Shown here one piece after another: positions 18,949 to 28,238 of a stretch of DNA of 64,000 nt (position 1 is the stretch's first letter; the number at the start of each line of letters is the position of its first letter). Source of the stretch: a virus. A program made the translations under genes and the position numbers. The notes under the pieces were generated by a model. The model saw only the letters and a program-made list of their open reading frames with translations, ran no database searches and was not told the DNA's origin. The DNA lies in IMG/VR virus record IMGVR_UViG_3300025892_002699; one strand, given 5' to 3'.

Positions 18949-19328
18949 TGGTGTCTACACAAATCTATCAAGGCACACTTACTCCAATACATAACAGAGT
19001 AATAGTAACTGATATGGATTTCGGCGAGCAAAAAACTGCTGGCGGAATTATTATTGCATCAGATGATGGTCAATCCAGAGGTATTCATCCTCGTTGGGGC
19101 AAAGTTTTTGCCAAAGGTCATGAGAACGATGACGACTATCAAATAGGAGATTGGATTTTAGTTGAACACGGAAGATGGAGCAGAGGCGTTACCATGGAAG
19201 ATGAAAATGGTATCAAAACTGTTGTGCGTGTTGTCGAAGCAGAATCCGTTTTAGGAACTTCCAAAGAAAAACCATCAGATGTATTGTCTAGAAAAGTAGA
19301 CAATGATACGCCATATTTGGCTGAATAA
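18948..19328 (+). CDS. groES: GroES-like co-chaperonin (gp31 analogue)
   Basis: PIHNRVIV, KTAGGIII and GDWILV match the Cpn10 pattern. Confidence 0.85.
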   Translation: MVSTQIYQGTLTPIHNRVIVTDMDFGEQKTAGGIIIASDDGQSRGIHPRWGKVFAKGHENDDDYQIGDWILVEHGRWSRGVTMEDENGIKTVVRVVEAESVLGTSKEKPSDVLSRKVDNDTPYLAE

Positions 19329-19331
19329 TAC

Positions 19332-19360
19332 TTGACAAATTGCAGTATATCACATATACT
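19332..19360 (+). promoter_or_regulatory. sigma70 promoter TTGACA-N17-TATACT, leaderless geometry
   Basis: The -10 box ends 6 nt before the ATG at 19367. Confidence 0.75.
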
Positions 19361-19366
19361 GTATGA

Positions 19367-19534
19367 ATGAAACTTCCAGTAATACAATCTAAAGGATTAA
19401 ACACAACCGGCGTAACTGGCATTGTGTTAATGACTTTACACTTAACAGGCACAATCACAGGATGGGGTTGGCCTTTGTTATACATCATATTAATATTAAG
19501 TGGCATGGGCCAAGAATACATGAGGAGAGATTGA
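19367..19534 (+). CDS. Small membrane protein (55 aa), not in the ORF track
   Basis: MKLPVIQSKGLNTTGVTGIVLMTLHLTG...GWGWPLLYIILIL; promoter directly upstream. Confidence 0.65.
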   Translation: MKLPVIQSKGLNTTGVTGIVLMTLHLTGTITGWGWPLLYIILILSGMGQEYMRRD

Positions 19535-19540
19535 TATAGT

Positions 19541-19690
19541 ATGGATTTATTTTTATTGATGCTTTTTATAATATTGTGTGCTTTGTCAATCGCATATTTT
19601 GTAGAGGCTAGGTTCTACATTTACCTAGTATTAGGTTCAATGATTAGAGATATTAAACAGTTTATTAACAAAATTTTAGGTAAAAAATAA
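19541..19690 (+). CDS. Small membrane protein (49 aa), not in the ORF track
   Basis: GAGGAG upstream; hydrophobic N-terminal half; stop abuts the next ATG. Confidence 0.55.
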   Translation: MDLFLLMLFIILCALSIAYFVEARFYIYLVLGSMIRDIKQFINKILGKK

Positions 19691-19691
19691 C

Positions 19692-20606
19692 ATGAAAGAT
19701 TTATGGGTAGAAAAATATCGTCCTAAAACAGTAGACGGTTATGTGTTCAGAGATGAACATCAAAAGAATCAAGTAAAACAATGGATCAACGAAAAGACTA
19801 TTCCGCATTTATTATTCAGTGGTAATGCAGGTATTGGTAAGACAACACTTGCAAAACTTTTGTTCAATGAACTTGAAGTAAATGACTTGGATATATTAGA
19901 AATAAATGCAAGTAGAACAAACAGTGTAGATGATATAAGAAATACAATCATTAACTTTGTACAAATGATTCCATTTGGTGACTTTAAAATTGTACTGCTA
20001 GATGAAGCAGATTATCTATCACCTAATGCACAGGCGGCACTGCGTGGTGTGATGGAAGAATATCACACAACAAGTAGATTTATTTTGACTTGTAACTATC
20101 CCAACAGAATTATTCCTGCACTGCACAGCAGATGCCAAGGCTTCCATATAGAACGTATTGATCAAACAGAATTTACCACAAGAGTTGCTAAAATTTTAAT
20201 GGATGAAGGCGTAACTCCGGACTTAGATATATTAGACACATATGTAAAAGCAACATATCCAGATTTAAGAAAATGTATTAACACTGTGCAAATGAATTCA
20301 CAAGAAGGCACACTGATTGCTCCTGCCAATGCAGACAAAGGCGAAGCAGATTATAAATTGGAAATGACTGAATTGTTTAAAGCAGGCAAGATCACTGAAG
20401 CAAGAAAACTGGTTTGCAGTCAAGCACGTCCAGATGAAATTGAAGACATTTACAAATGGCTGTATGATAACATCACATTGTTTGGTGATGAAGTACGTCA
20501 AGAAAAAGCAATATTGGTTATCAAACAAGGACTGGTAGATCACACATTGGTTGCTGATCCAGAAATAAATCTTGCGGCTACAATGATTAAACTACAAAAT
20601 ATCTAA
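19692..20606 (+). CDS. Sliding-clamp loader AAA+ subunit (RFC small/T4 gp44-like)
   Basis: WVEKYRP, Walker A GNAGIGKT, LLDEAD and HSRC motifs. Confidence 0.93.
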   Translation: MKDLWVEKYRPKTVDGYVFRDEHQKNQVKQWINEKTIPHLLFSGNAGIGKTTLAKLLFNELEVNDLDILEINASRTNSVDDIRNTIINFVQMIPFGDFKIVLLDEADYLSPNAQAALRGVMEEYHTTSRFILTCNYPNRIIPALHSRCQGFHIERIDQTEFTTRVAKILMDEGVTPDLDILDTYVKATYPDLRKCINTVQMNSQEGTLIAPANADKGEADYKLEMTELFKAGKITEARKLVCSQARPDEIEDIYKWLYDNITLFGDEVRQEKAILVIKQGLVDHTLVADPEINLAATMIKLQNI

Positions 20607-20607
20607 A

Positions 20608-20778
20608 ATGCGTAATTGGTTCAAAGTTTGGCTGTATGCACTAGGCAGTTTTTCAGATAAGAAAACCAAACCTTACGACAAACAAGTTGCTATGGTGAGA
20701 ACTTTTTGGGTGGTGCTACACATATTAACTTGCACTATGATAATTGTAGGCAATGGTAGAATATTAGGTTGGTGGTAA
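20608..20778 (+). CDS. Small membrane protein (56 aa), not in the ORF track
   Basis: MRNWFKVWLYALGSFSD...; tiles exactly between its neighbours. Confidence 0.6.
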   Translation: MRNWFKVWLYALGSFSDKKTKPYDKQVAMVRTFWVVLHILTCTMIIVGNGRILGWW

Positions 20779-20779
20779 A

Positions 20780-21025
20780 ATGAAAATTAGATATTACAAA
20801 AATATTGATGGCTGGAGATGGTTAGGATTTATATTGGCAATGGTGAGTGCCTTTTTGTTGAGCAGTGGTCAATCAGAAATACAATGGATAGGTTGGGCTG
20901 TTGCCTGTTTCAGTTGCAGTATATGGATAAGAATGGGAATTAAAGACAAAGACACACCAAGAGCATTAATGGAATTGATGTATTTGCTGTTGGCAATCAG
21001 AGGTGTGTGGAACTGGTTGGCATAA
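20780..21025 (+). CDS. Small multi-pass membrane protein
   Basis: Three hydrophobic, Trp-rich helices; similar in character to 41945-42184. Confidence 0.7.
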   Translation: MKIRYYKNIDGWRWLGFILAMVSAFLLSSGQSEIQWIGWAVACFSCSIWIRMGIKDKDTPRALMELMYLLLAIRGVWNWLA

Positions 21026-21348
21026 TGACTTATGTAGTTAATGATAAATGCATCATGTGTAAACACACTACCTGTGTGTCCGTTTGCCCTGTAGATTGCT
21101 TCTATGAGGGCGACAATATGCTGGTTATTAAACCCGACGAGTGTATTGATTGTGGTGTGTGTGAACCAGAATGTCCTGAAGATGCCATTAAAGCAGACAC
21201 AGATCCTGAGGGAGAAGGTTGGGTAGAGTTTAATAGACAATGGGCAGAAGCATGGCAAGTATTAGACACACAAAAAGAACCAATGCCAGGCTACGAAAAG
21301 CATTCAGGCGAAGCAGACAAATTAAAGAAATATTTTAAAGACAAATGA
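21025..21348 (+). CDS. fdxA: 7Fe/8Fe dicluster ferredoxin (FdxA type)
   Basis: [29 protein letters not shown]...[12 protein letters not shown]. Start corrected to the ATG at 21025 (TAATG overlap). Confidence 0.92.
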   Translation: MTYVVNDKCIMCKHTTCVSVCPVDCFYEGDNMLVIKPDECIDCGVCEPECPEDAIKADTDPEGEGWVEFNRQWAEAWQVLDTQKEPMPGYEKHSGEADKLKKYFKDK

Positions 21349-21974
21349 TCGTAGAACTAGTAGACAAAATGGGTACAGACTTATCTGTGGTGAATGCCGC
21401 AAGAGTAAGTTACAGTAAAAACAAAGAAACATTTGAAGCATCAGATGAAAAATTAATCAAGTATCTTGCTGAACACAATCACTGGTCTCCTTTTGCTCAT
21501 GCATCATTACAATTTAGAATCAAAGCACCAATATTTGTTGCAAGACAACTTGTGAAACATCAAGTTGGTTTAGTATGGAATGAAGTATCAAGACGATACG
21601 TTGACTTTCCGCCTGAATTATACAGCACAAAAACATGGAGAGGTAGACCACAAAATTCTAAACAAGGCAGTGCTGGCGAAATTGAATTAGATCCCACAAT
21701 GAAACATATGATGGAAACAACAATGGAAAGTTGTCTAATTTTATACAATGCATTGATACAAAAAGGTGTAGCACCAGAACAGGCACGTATGGTTTTACCA
21801 CAAAATATGATGACCGAATGGTATTGGTCAGGCACACTATATGCCTTTGCTAGAGTTTGCAATCTACGTTGTGCTAAAGATACTCAAGAAGAAACACGTG
21901 ATATAGCAGATAGAATACATAATATTTGTAAAGAGGAGTTTCCAACAAGTTGGAAGTATTTAAAAAATGAGTAG
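21345..21974 (+). CDS. thyX: Flavin-dependent thymidylate synthase
   Basis: [21 protein letters not shown] and ARMVLP motifs. Confidence 0.93.
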   Translation: MIVELVDKMGTDLSVVNAARVSYSKNKETFEASDEKLIKYLAEHNHWSPFAHASLQFRIKAPIFVARQLVKHQVGLVWNEVSRRYVDFPPELYSTKTWRGRPQNSKQGSAGEIELDPTMKHMMETTMESCLILYNALIQKGVAPEQARMVLPQNMMTEWYWSGTLYAFARVCNLRCAKDTQEETRDIADRIHNICKEEFPTSWKYLKNE

Positions 21975-22308
21975 ATGTAGTCACATATTAATTGCACACG
22001 AAGACGCAACAAGAAGTCAACGAAATGTATCAAGAGAAGAAGCACTATTTTTAATTGCTGATATTCAAAAAAAGATGTTGGACAACGAATTAACATTCGA
22101 GCAAGCCGCAAAAATGTATAGCGATTGTCCTAGTGGAAAAGCCAATGGCGGTGATCTAGGAAAAATTAAACGTGAACAAATGGATAAAGATTTTATGATT
22201 TACCTAGACGGATTACAGCCTGGTGACACCAGCGGTATTTGTTGTACAGCATTTGGTTTCCACATTATTCGTAGAAATCAAGATGTAACTATAAATCAGT
22301 CTCCGTAA
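21967..22308 (+). CDS. ppiC: Parvulin-type peptidyl-prolyl isomerase
   Basis: CSHILI, FEQAAKMYSDCPSG, GGDLG and FGFHII motifs. Confidence 0.9.
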   Translation: MSRCSHILIAHEDATRSQRNVSREEALFLIADIQKKMLDNELTFEQAAKMYSDCPSGKANGGDLGKIKREQMDKDFMIYLDGLQPGDTSGICCTAFGFHIIRRNQDVTINQSP

Positions 22309-23009
22309 ATACTTAAAACTTCTTTGACTGCTTCGTGCCTTTGAACATCACTTTTAATAAAGTTCACAATATCAATTAAACTACTTGACTTTTGATTAAG
22401 TTTATCAATGAAGTCAGACAATCCATTGTCATTGGGTCTATCTGTCTGAGCGAGATCTCCAGTTACTGCTAATTTGCTTCGACTGCCTATTCTCGTTAAC
22501 AACATCTTCATCTGATTTGCTGAGGCGTTTTGCATTTCATCTGCCACTATGTAACAATTATGAAAAGTTCTACCTCGCATAAAAGCCAAGGGTGATATTT
22601 CAATCACACCTTCAAACAGCATATTTTGTATATCTGCTGTGGTGAAGTATAATTTAAACACATCGAATATAGGTATAGTCCATGGAGCCATTTTTTCTTC
22701 TAAATTACCTGGAAGAAAACCTATGTCTTCATCTACACTTACTACCGGACGTGTTACTACTATTTTATTGATTTGTTTGTCTTTGAACATTTTGATAGCC
22801 ACCTGAACAGCGATCAACGTCTTTCCCGTACCTGCCGGACCTACACCAAACACAATGTCTTTGGCTGGATCCAATAACTTAAGAAGGTAAGATTCCTGAT
22901 TAACGTTTCTAGGAACGATCTTGACATCTTGAGGTTTCTCTGGAAGGTATTGTTTAATTGGTAGGACGTTTGCCCTGTTATGGCGCTTTCTGGATGTTTT
23001 TTTACCCAT
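22296..23009 (-). CDS. phoH: PhoH family ATPase
   Basis: GPAGTGKT, RGRTF and DEMQN motifs. Start moved to the ATG at 23009, which has an AAGGAG SD. A GTAAATA motif lies at 23055-23061 on the minus strand. Confidence 0.93.
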   Translation of the reverse strand: MGKKTSRKRHNRANVLPIKQYLPEKPQDVKIVPRNVNQESYLLKLLDPAKDIVFGVGPAGTGKTLIAVQVAIKMFKDKQINKIVVTRPVVSVDEDIGFLPGNLEEKMAPWTIPIFDVFKLYFTTADIQNMLFEGVIEISPLAFMRGRTFHNCYIVADEMQNASANQMKMLLTRIGSRSKLAVTGDLAQTDRPNDNGLSDFIDKLNQKSSSLIDIVNFIKSDVQRHEAVKEVLSIYGD

Positions 23010-23107
23010 TAGCACTCCTTTGTTTATTAAGCAAAATAATTGTTTGCATACTATTATTTACGGTATATCATAGGAGACATAAATGCTCACATAAGTTTAG
23101 GCTTATG

Positions 23108-23114
23108 ATAAATA
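23108..23114 (+). promoter_or_regulatory. Late-type promoter ATAAATA, divergent from the phoH promoter
   Basis: Intergenic motif. Confidence 0.55.
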
Positions 23115-23134
23115 CATAAAAAAGGTATCTATCA

Positions 23135-23647
23135 ATGCAAGACATAAAAGACGTCATAAAAACCATAGAAAATGTGTACGATAATGACACAGCATTCACT
23201 ATTCTTAAAGATTTTGAACGTGTGCTGGATGAGTTAAATCTATACGTATATGACAACTGGATGGATGGTGAATTAGCAGAAGGTCCTGAAATTTTAAGAC
23301 ATTTTGTGACTGCCACGTTCATGTGGCCCAGAGATAAAATGCCTGATCCAGATGGTGGTAAAAGACTTACAGATTATGGTTGCAAAGTTTTTTACAAAAA
23401 AGATGTTTATGTCTATCCAAGACAGGTGTTACAATCAGACGATTTCAGACCAGGCACTAAAAAAGGCAAACTGGATCAAATGCCAATATGGTTAGTAACC
23501 ATCAGAATGCCTAAAGATTTAATTAGAACAATATACAGTGGATACGAGATAGAACAAGAATACAACAAAGAGCCTGCCAATGCAGAAATAGTTGACGGTG
23601 CTGATTCTGTTGAGGCCGCAGACGAAATTGCACCAGAAGGTTTATAA
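23135..23647 (+). CDS. Hypothetical phage protein
   Basis: Long ORF with normal codon use. Confidence 0.8.
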   Translation: MQDIKDVIKTIENVYDNDTAFTILKDFERVLDELNLYVYDNWMDGELAEGPEILRHFVTATFMWPRDKMPDPDGGKRLTDYGCKVFYKKDVYVYPRQVLQSDDFRPGTKKGKLDQMPIWLVTIRMPKDLIRTIYSGYEIEQEYNKEPANAEIVDGADSVEAADEIAPEGL

Positions 23648-24372
23648 TGGGTTTAAGACAGAACGATCTACAATACACTATCGACAACGTTTTTGAAATT
23701 GATTCTTACAAATCAAAAATGGGAGATGACGCAGATATCGTCACTCTAAGTTTTGCTGTAAAAGGTGATCAACCTGCACAAGATTTAGTAAAATTTATTG
23801 AAACAGGATATGACTATGTGTTGGATGCTGACAAAACTTCAGGCGAACAAGCAGATGGAAAGTACAGAGTGTTTGTAGAAATAGAACGTTCAAAAAAATC
23901 ACCAGATCAAATAATAGAAATTTTAGATGGAATCAAGAAGATTTCTAATCAAGAAGATTTACGTTTTAGATACTATAAAAATTTCAGAAGTCATTCAGCA
24001 GATGAATCCAACATTAACGAACAAATTCCATTAGATCCAGGTGCTTATGATATCAAAACCAACGAGACGCAGATGGAGAATTATAAAAATTTCTTTGCTG
24101 ACAGTTACATTGATGAAGTGTACATGGAAGACAACACAGTGATTTTAACCAAAAAATATGCTGATAAAATTATGTTTGAATTTGTTGACATGGGATTCAA
24201 AACACAAATACTTGAAAACATAAAAGAATCAATTCAAATCGAAGCCTTTCCAGAAGTTATATTCTTAAGTAAGTACGTAGGTGATTACAATATTACCAAA
24301 TTTGGAAACAAATTGGTATTTGAAAACAAAGGTCACTGCGTGGTACTGGAGAAAAAATATGAGACTATCTAA
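23647..24372 (+). CDS. Hypothetical phage protein
   Basis: TAATG-coupled ORF. Confidence 0.8.
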   Translation: MGLRQNDLQYTIDNVFEIDSYKSKMGDDADIVTLSFAVKGDQPAQDLVKFIETGYDYVLDADKTSGEQADGKYRVFVEIERSKKSPDQIIEILDGIKKISNQEDLRFRYYKNFRSHSADESNINEQIPLDPGAYDIKTNETQMENYKNFFADSYIDEVYMEDNTVILTKKYADKIMFEFVDMGFKTQILENIKESIQIEAFPEVIFLSKYVGDYNITKFGNKLVFENKGHCVVLEKKYETI

Positions 24373-24820
24373 AAATTTTACATTACAAGAATACACAAAA
24401 AGTCAGACAGCAACAAGAAAAGGGTTAGACAACACACCTGGAGAAGAACATCTTGCAAAGGCAAAATCATTATTTGAAAAAGTGGTACAGCCTGTAAGAG
24501 ACAAATTTGGTGTGACCACTATCAACTCAGGATACAGAGGACCAGCATTGAATGAAGCAGTGGGTGGATCGAGCAGATCTCAACATTGTAAAGGAGAAGC
24601 AGTAGATATAGAATGTCCAGGTACATCCAATTACACAGTGGCGAAATTCATCGAAGACACACTGGATTACGATCAATTGATATTAGAATTTTACACTCCG
24701 GGCATACCTGATTCAGGATGGGTTCATGTGAGTTACATAGGTGAAGGCAACAGAAAACAGAGCCTTACTGCCATGAAAGAAAATGGCAAGACTGTGTACA
24801 AACCTGGACTGATTGAATAA
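24359..24820 (+). CDS. Endolysin, peptidase M15 family
   Basis: MRLSKNFTL, SGYR, SQH...AVD and WVHVS motifs. Start corrected to the ATG at 24359. Confidence 0.88.
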   Translation: MRLSKNFTLQEYTKSQTATRKGLDNTPGEEHLAKAKSLFEKVVQPVRDKFGVTTINSGYRGPALNEAVGGSSRSQHCKGEAVDIECPGTSNYTVAKFIEDTLDYDQLILEFYTPGIPDSGWVHVSYIGEGNRKQSLTAMKENGKTVYKPGLIE

Positions 24821-24835
24821 TTCATTTTTCCATTG

Positions 24836-24842
24836 ATAAATA
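24836..24842 (+). promoter_or_regulatory. Late-type promoter ATAAATA heading the spanin operon
   Basis: Intergenic motif. Confidence 0.55.
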
Positions 24843-24857
24843 GTAGCATATAATACT

Positions 24858-25007
24858 ATGACTACAAAAGACACACAACATTGTTTAAACTGCGGTAACG
24901 AAGCACATGACGGGCCTCTGTACAGAACAGAAAAAGATTATGATGGCAGAGAATACAAAATTGAGGTGTGTAGACACAGTCGTAGCGGAGAATTAGAATC
25001 AGAATGA
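24858..25007 (+). CDS. Small Cys/His protein (49 aa), not in the ORF track
   Basis: CLNCGNEAH...CRH; ATGA overlap with the next gene. Confidence 0.6.
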   Translation: MTTKDTQHCLNCGNEAHDGPLYRTEKDYDGREYKIEVCRHSRSGELESE

Positions 25008-25480
25008 TATTTGGACAAATAAAAATGATGATCACAATCTTGCTAATCACAGGAATAGCAGGAGCAGGCATCTATGTGATGAAATTGAGAGCGGACAATG
25101 CCACACTCAAAGCAAATCAAATTAAATTAGAAACAGCAGTTGAAGAACAGAACAAAGTGTTGGAACAACAGAAGGCGGACTTCACTGCCATACTGGAAAG
25201 CAACAAGAAACTTAATGTGTTGATAAACACATTCAAAAAAGATTTACAAGACCTAGACAAAAGATTCACAAAGAAAAATAGAGACATTGGCAAACTGGCA
25301 ATAGACAGAACAAAAGCCATTGAGAGAATCATCAACAAAGGTGGTAAGAATGCGGCTAGATGTATAGAGTTGGCATCAGGTGCAGAGCATACTGAAGCAG
25401 AATTAAAAGCAACTTTGAAATCAGAAATCAACCCAGAGTGCCCGGCACTTGCAAATCCAAACTATGTACCATATCAATAA
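25004..25480 (+). CDS. Inner-membrane spanin (Rz-like)
   Basis: N-terminal TM helix followed by a long coiled coil and two Cys; follows the endolysin. Confidence 0.7.
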   Translation: MIFGQIKMMITILLITGIAGAGIYVMKLRADNATLKANQIKLETAVEEQNKVLEQQKADFTAILESNKKLNVLINTFKKDLQDLDKRFTKKNRDIGKLAIDRTKAIERIINKGGKNAARCIELASGAEHTEAELKATLKSEINPECPALANPNYVPYQ

Positions 25481-25826
25481 AATATTTGCACTAGCAATAA
25501 TCGTATTACTCACAGGATGTAGCATCGGTGGTGAGAAGCGGATCAAGATATTCTCAGTGGAAGAACCAAGACAGAAACTGGATTATCCAATGCCCACGGC
25601 ACTGCAACTTGAAGAATTAAAATGGATCATAATCACTTCAGAGAACGCACAGGAAGTATTCAAGAAACTAGAAGAGTCAGGTATAGATCCTGTGTTGTTT
25701 GGAATCACTGACAAGGACTTCCAAGTGCTGGCTAGGAACTTCGCACAGATAAGACAGAAGTTACAAGAGACAAATAACCTACTGGAAGAATATAAAAAAT
25801 ATTACGAATCAGAGGAGAAGGAATAA
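25464..25826 (+). CDS. Outer-membrane lipoprotein spanin (Rz1-like)
   Basis: MYHINKIFALAIIVLLTGC lipobox; overlaps the 3' end of the i-spanin gene. Confidence 0.72.
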   Translation: MYHINKIFALAIIVLLTGCSIGGEKRIKIFSVEEPRQKLDYPMPTALQLEELKWIIITSENAQEVFKKLEESGIDPVLFGITDKDFQVLARNFAQIRQKLQETNNLLEEYKKYYESEEKE

Positions 25827-26503
25827 TGGCAACAAAAGCAAAAGCAAAGACAACAAAGAGCTCAGCCAAGGCGGGTGCAAACGCAGACACATCAAAGAAC
25901 CTGGGTAAAGGCACAACAGCCAACGCAGGTGCATACGCAGAAACAGAAGCAGGTGCAGTAGCAAAAGCAAAAAAAGGCAACGCAAGTGCCAACGTAGGTG
26001 CTCACGCAGAAGTGGGAGCATACTCAAACGTGGAGAATGAAACCAAGGTCGGTGGAGTTGGAGTCAAATCAGAAGCACACGCAGGAACAAAAGTTTATTC
26101 AGACGTGGGAGTCTCAGGTCAGATAGGAACCAACGGTGCCAAGGGTGAAGCAGGTGCAATAGCAGGTTCATGTGCTGAAGTGGGAGCAAGTACCACGGTT
26201 GGTGGCGAAAGAAACAATGCAGGAATTGGTGCAAAAGTTTCAGTTGGTCCACAGATCGGTGCCAAAGTGGGCGGCGGTGCAACAGTGGAAGATGGCAAAC
26301 TGACAGTGGGTGCAGACATTAAACTGGCACTTGGTGTTGGTGTTACACTATCACCACAAATTACAGTTGACACGAGACCAGTTGCAAACGCAACTAAAAA
26401 AGTTATCGTGGAACCAGCAAAGAAGGTTGGTAACGCAATCGCGGCTCCATTCAAAAAAATAAAAAAACCATCAAATCCCTTCAAGAGAAAGAAAAAGAAA
26501 TAG
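25826..26503 (+). CDS. Gly/Ala/Val-rich beta-strand protein with Lys-rich termini
   Basis: Alternating-residue strands such as AGAYAETEAG and AGIGAKVSVG; coupled to the spanin gene. Confidence 0.75.
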   Translation: MATKAKAKTTKSSAKAGANADTSKNLGKGTTANAGAYAETEAGAVAKAKKGNASANVGAHAEVGAYSNVENETKVGGVGVKSEAHAGTKVYSDVGVSGQIGTNGAKGEAGAIAGSCAEVGASTTVGGERNNAGIGAKVSVGPQIGAKVGGGATVEDGKLTVGADIKLALGVGVTLSPQITVDTRPVANATKKVIVEPAKKVGNAIAAPFKKIKKPSNPFKRKKKK

Positions 26504-26507
26504 AACA

Positions 26508-26963
26508 ATGAAAAGACTAGATATCAGCGATCAAACTGCAATCAGTATGCCAATGAAAAATTTGATATCCATCGTGGCGGCAGTCGCAGTTGGAGTATGG
26601 GGATATTTTGGTCTAGTGGAAAGAATTACACTGTTGGAAATGAGAAATGCATCACTGACAAAAGATCTAGAACACGCAGAACAAAAACTTACAGCAGACA
26701 TTGAGAAGAACAACGAATTCCGAATCAAATATCCAAGAGGTGAGTTAGGACAGAGCTCACAGGACATAGAACAGTTCATGCTGATAGAAGACCTTTACAC
26801 CACTGTGGATAGAATGCAAAAGCATCTAGACAGTATGTCCAACAACAAGATCAACATAGAATTTCTTAACAAGCAGATGGAGAAAGCACAGAGCAACATC
26901 GAAGCACTCAAAGACGCTGACAGAGAAATTGTGTACAAGAACGGTAATGGAGACTCACACTAA
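26508..26963 (+). CDS. Membrane-anchored coiled-coil hypothetical protein
   Basis: One TM segment followed by a coiled coil. Confidence 0.7.
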   Translation: MKRLDISDQTAISMPMKNLISIVAAVAVGVWGYFGLVERITLLEMRNASLTKDLEHAEQKLTADIEKNNEFRIKYPRGELGQSSQDIEQFMLIEDLYTTVDRMQKHLDSMSNNKINIEFLNKQMEKAQSNIEALKDADREIVYKNGNGDSH

Positions 26964-27178
26964 TGGTTATAGAAACAGTTGTAGCATTGTTGATGATTAT
27001 AAATGGTGAGATCAAAGAACATCGTATACAAGATTCAATGGCAATGTGCCTAAGAGGTAAGCGTACAGCAGAAAGACAGTACAGTCAAGGAACAAAATAT
27101 CAATGTCTCAAAGTAAAAGCAGAACTTGAGTCCAACATAGACGGCAGTAAATCAATTAAGAAAATCATACTGGAGTAA
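26963..27178 (+). CDS. Hypothetical protein
   Basis: Coupled ORF with two Cys. Confidence 0.7.
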   Translation: MVIETVVALLMIINGEIKEHRIQDSMAMCLRGKRTAERQYSQGTKYQCLKVKAELESNIDGSKSIKKIILE

Positions 27179-27179
27179 G

Positions 27180-27186
27180 ATAAATA
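27180..27186 (+). promoter_or_regulatory. Late-type promoter ATAAATA
   Basis: Intergenic, followed by a GAGG SD. Confidence 0.55.
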
Positions 27187-27211
27187 CGGGTATTAAACGA
27201 GGGATAAAAAA

Positions 27212-27817
27212 ATGGAAATATTTGGATTAGACATCATAGCATTGGCAATGAAATTTTGGCAGTGGACAGTATTGATCGCTGTTGTATTAGTAGCGGCGGT
27301 AATCAATCACTTCGACGACAACTACGGCAAAGTAAAATTAAAATTTTCTTTCTTGGAACTACCACACTTACAACCTTTGAAACTAGACACAAAGGGACAT
27401 GGATTCTGGAAAGGCATAATCACTTGGTTGCTTGGAACAAGGAACTGGGAGATCACAAAGGACTGGCACTACAAGATAGATGGCACTGACTATGTCATCC
27501 CAGCAGGTTTCCAATTTGATGGTGCGAGTATTCCAAAATTCCTGAGAGCATTCTTCTCACCAGTTGGAGTTCTATTGGTGGGCGGACTGGTGCACGACTA
27601 CGCATACAAGTACACGACACTTTTAAAAGATAATAAAAAAGACACCATGGGTGATATCACACAGAAGAGAGCAGATCAAATATTCAGAGACATCAACTGT
27701 AACGTGAATGGTTTCTACACCATGAACTACCTGGCATACTGGTCATTGAGAATAGGTGGCTTCGTTGCTTGGAATGGACACAGAAAAAGAAACGCAAAAA
27801 TCAAAGGTGTAAAATAA
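27212..27817 (+). CDS. DUF1353-like protein with N-terminal TM segment
   Basis: IPAGFQFDGASIP, LVHDYAY and RADQIF motifs. Confidence 0.75.
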   Translation: MEIFGLDIIALAMKFWQWTVLIAVVLVAAVINHFDDNYGKVKLKFSFLELPHLQPLKLDTKGHGFWKGIITWLLGTRNWEITKDWHYKIDGTDYVIPAGFQFDGASIPKFLRAFFSPVGVLLVGGLVHDYAYKYTTLLKDNKKDTMGDITQKRADQIFRDINCNVNGFYTMNYLAYWSLRIGGFVAWNGHRKRNAKIKGVK

Positions 27818-28134
27818 TGGCTGAACAACTGAACGAAGACAAACTTGTACAAAAGAAAAAAATTAACATAGAACTTGATGTAGACACAAATGTGCATGAC
27901 AGTTCTAAAAACAAGTTTCAAGTATTAATTGACCTAGCAAGAGCAGTAGACAGTTGGAGAATATTTCCAAGAGTGTTTATTTCTACCTACATATTCCTAC
28001 TGTACAAAGTGGTAATATGGTACATGGATCTAGCGGCTCCCACAATGGAACAATCAGGTTTGGTAAGTATCGTTGTTGGTGCGGGTGCGGCATGGTTTGG
28101 TCTGTACACAGGTTCAAGAGCAAAATCCAAATAA
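27817..28134 (+). CDS. Two-TM membrane protein, holin candidate
   Basis: Start corrected to the ATG at 27817 (TAATG). WRIFPRVF... has two TM segments and a basic C-terminus, near the lysis genes. Confidence 0.55.
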   Translation: MAEQLNEDKLVQKKKINIELDVDTNVHDSSKNKFQVLIDLARAVDSWRIFPRVFISTYIFLLYKVVIWYMDLAAPTMEQSGLVSIVVGAGAAWFGLYTGSRAKSK

Positions 28135-28139
28135 TATCG

Positions 28140-28232
28140 TTGACTTTTAAACCAAAATCCTATACAATATAGTTGTGACTTTAAAAATTTAATATTAAAT
28201 ACTATTGACATTTAAAAAAGAATTACTATATT
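28140..28232 (+). promoter_or_regulatory. Tandem sigma70 promoters (TTGACT-N17-TACAAT at 28140-28168; TTGACA-N16-TATATT at 28205-28232)
   Basis: The second -10 box ends 6 nt before the dnaJ ATG. Confidence 0.7.
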
Positions 28233-28238
28233 AAACAC

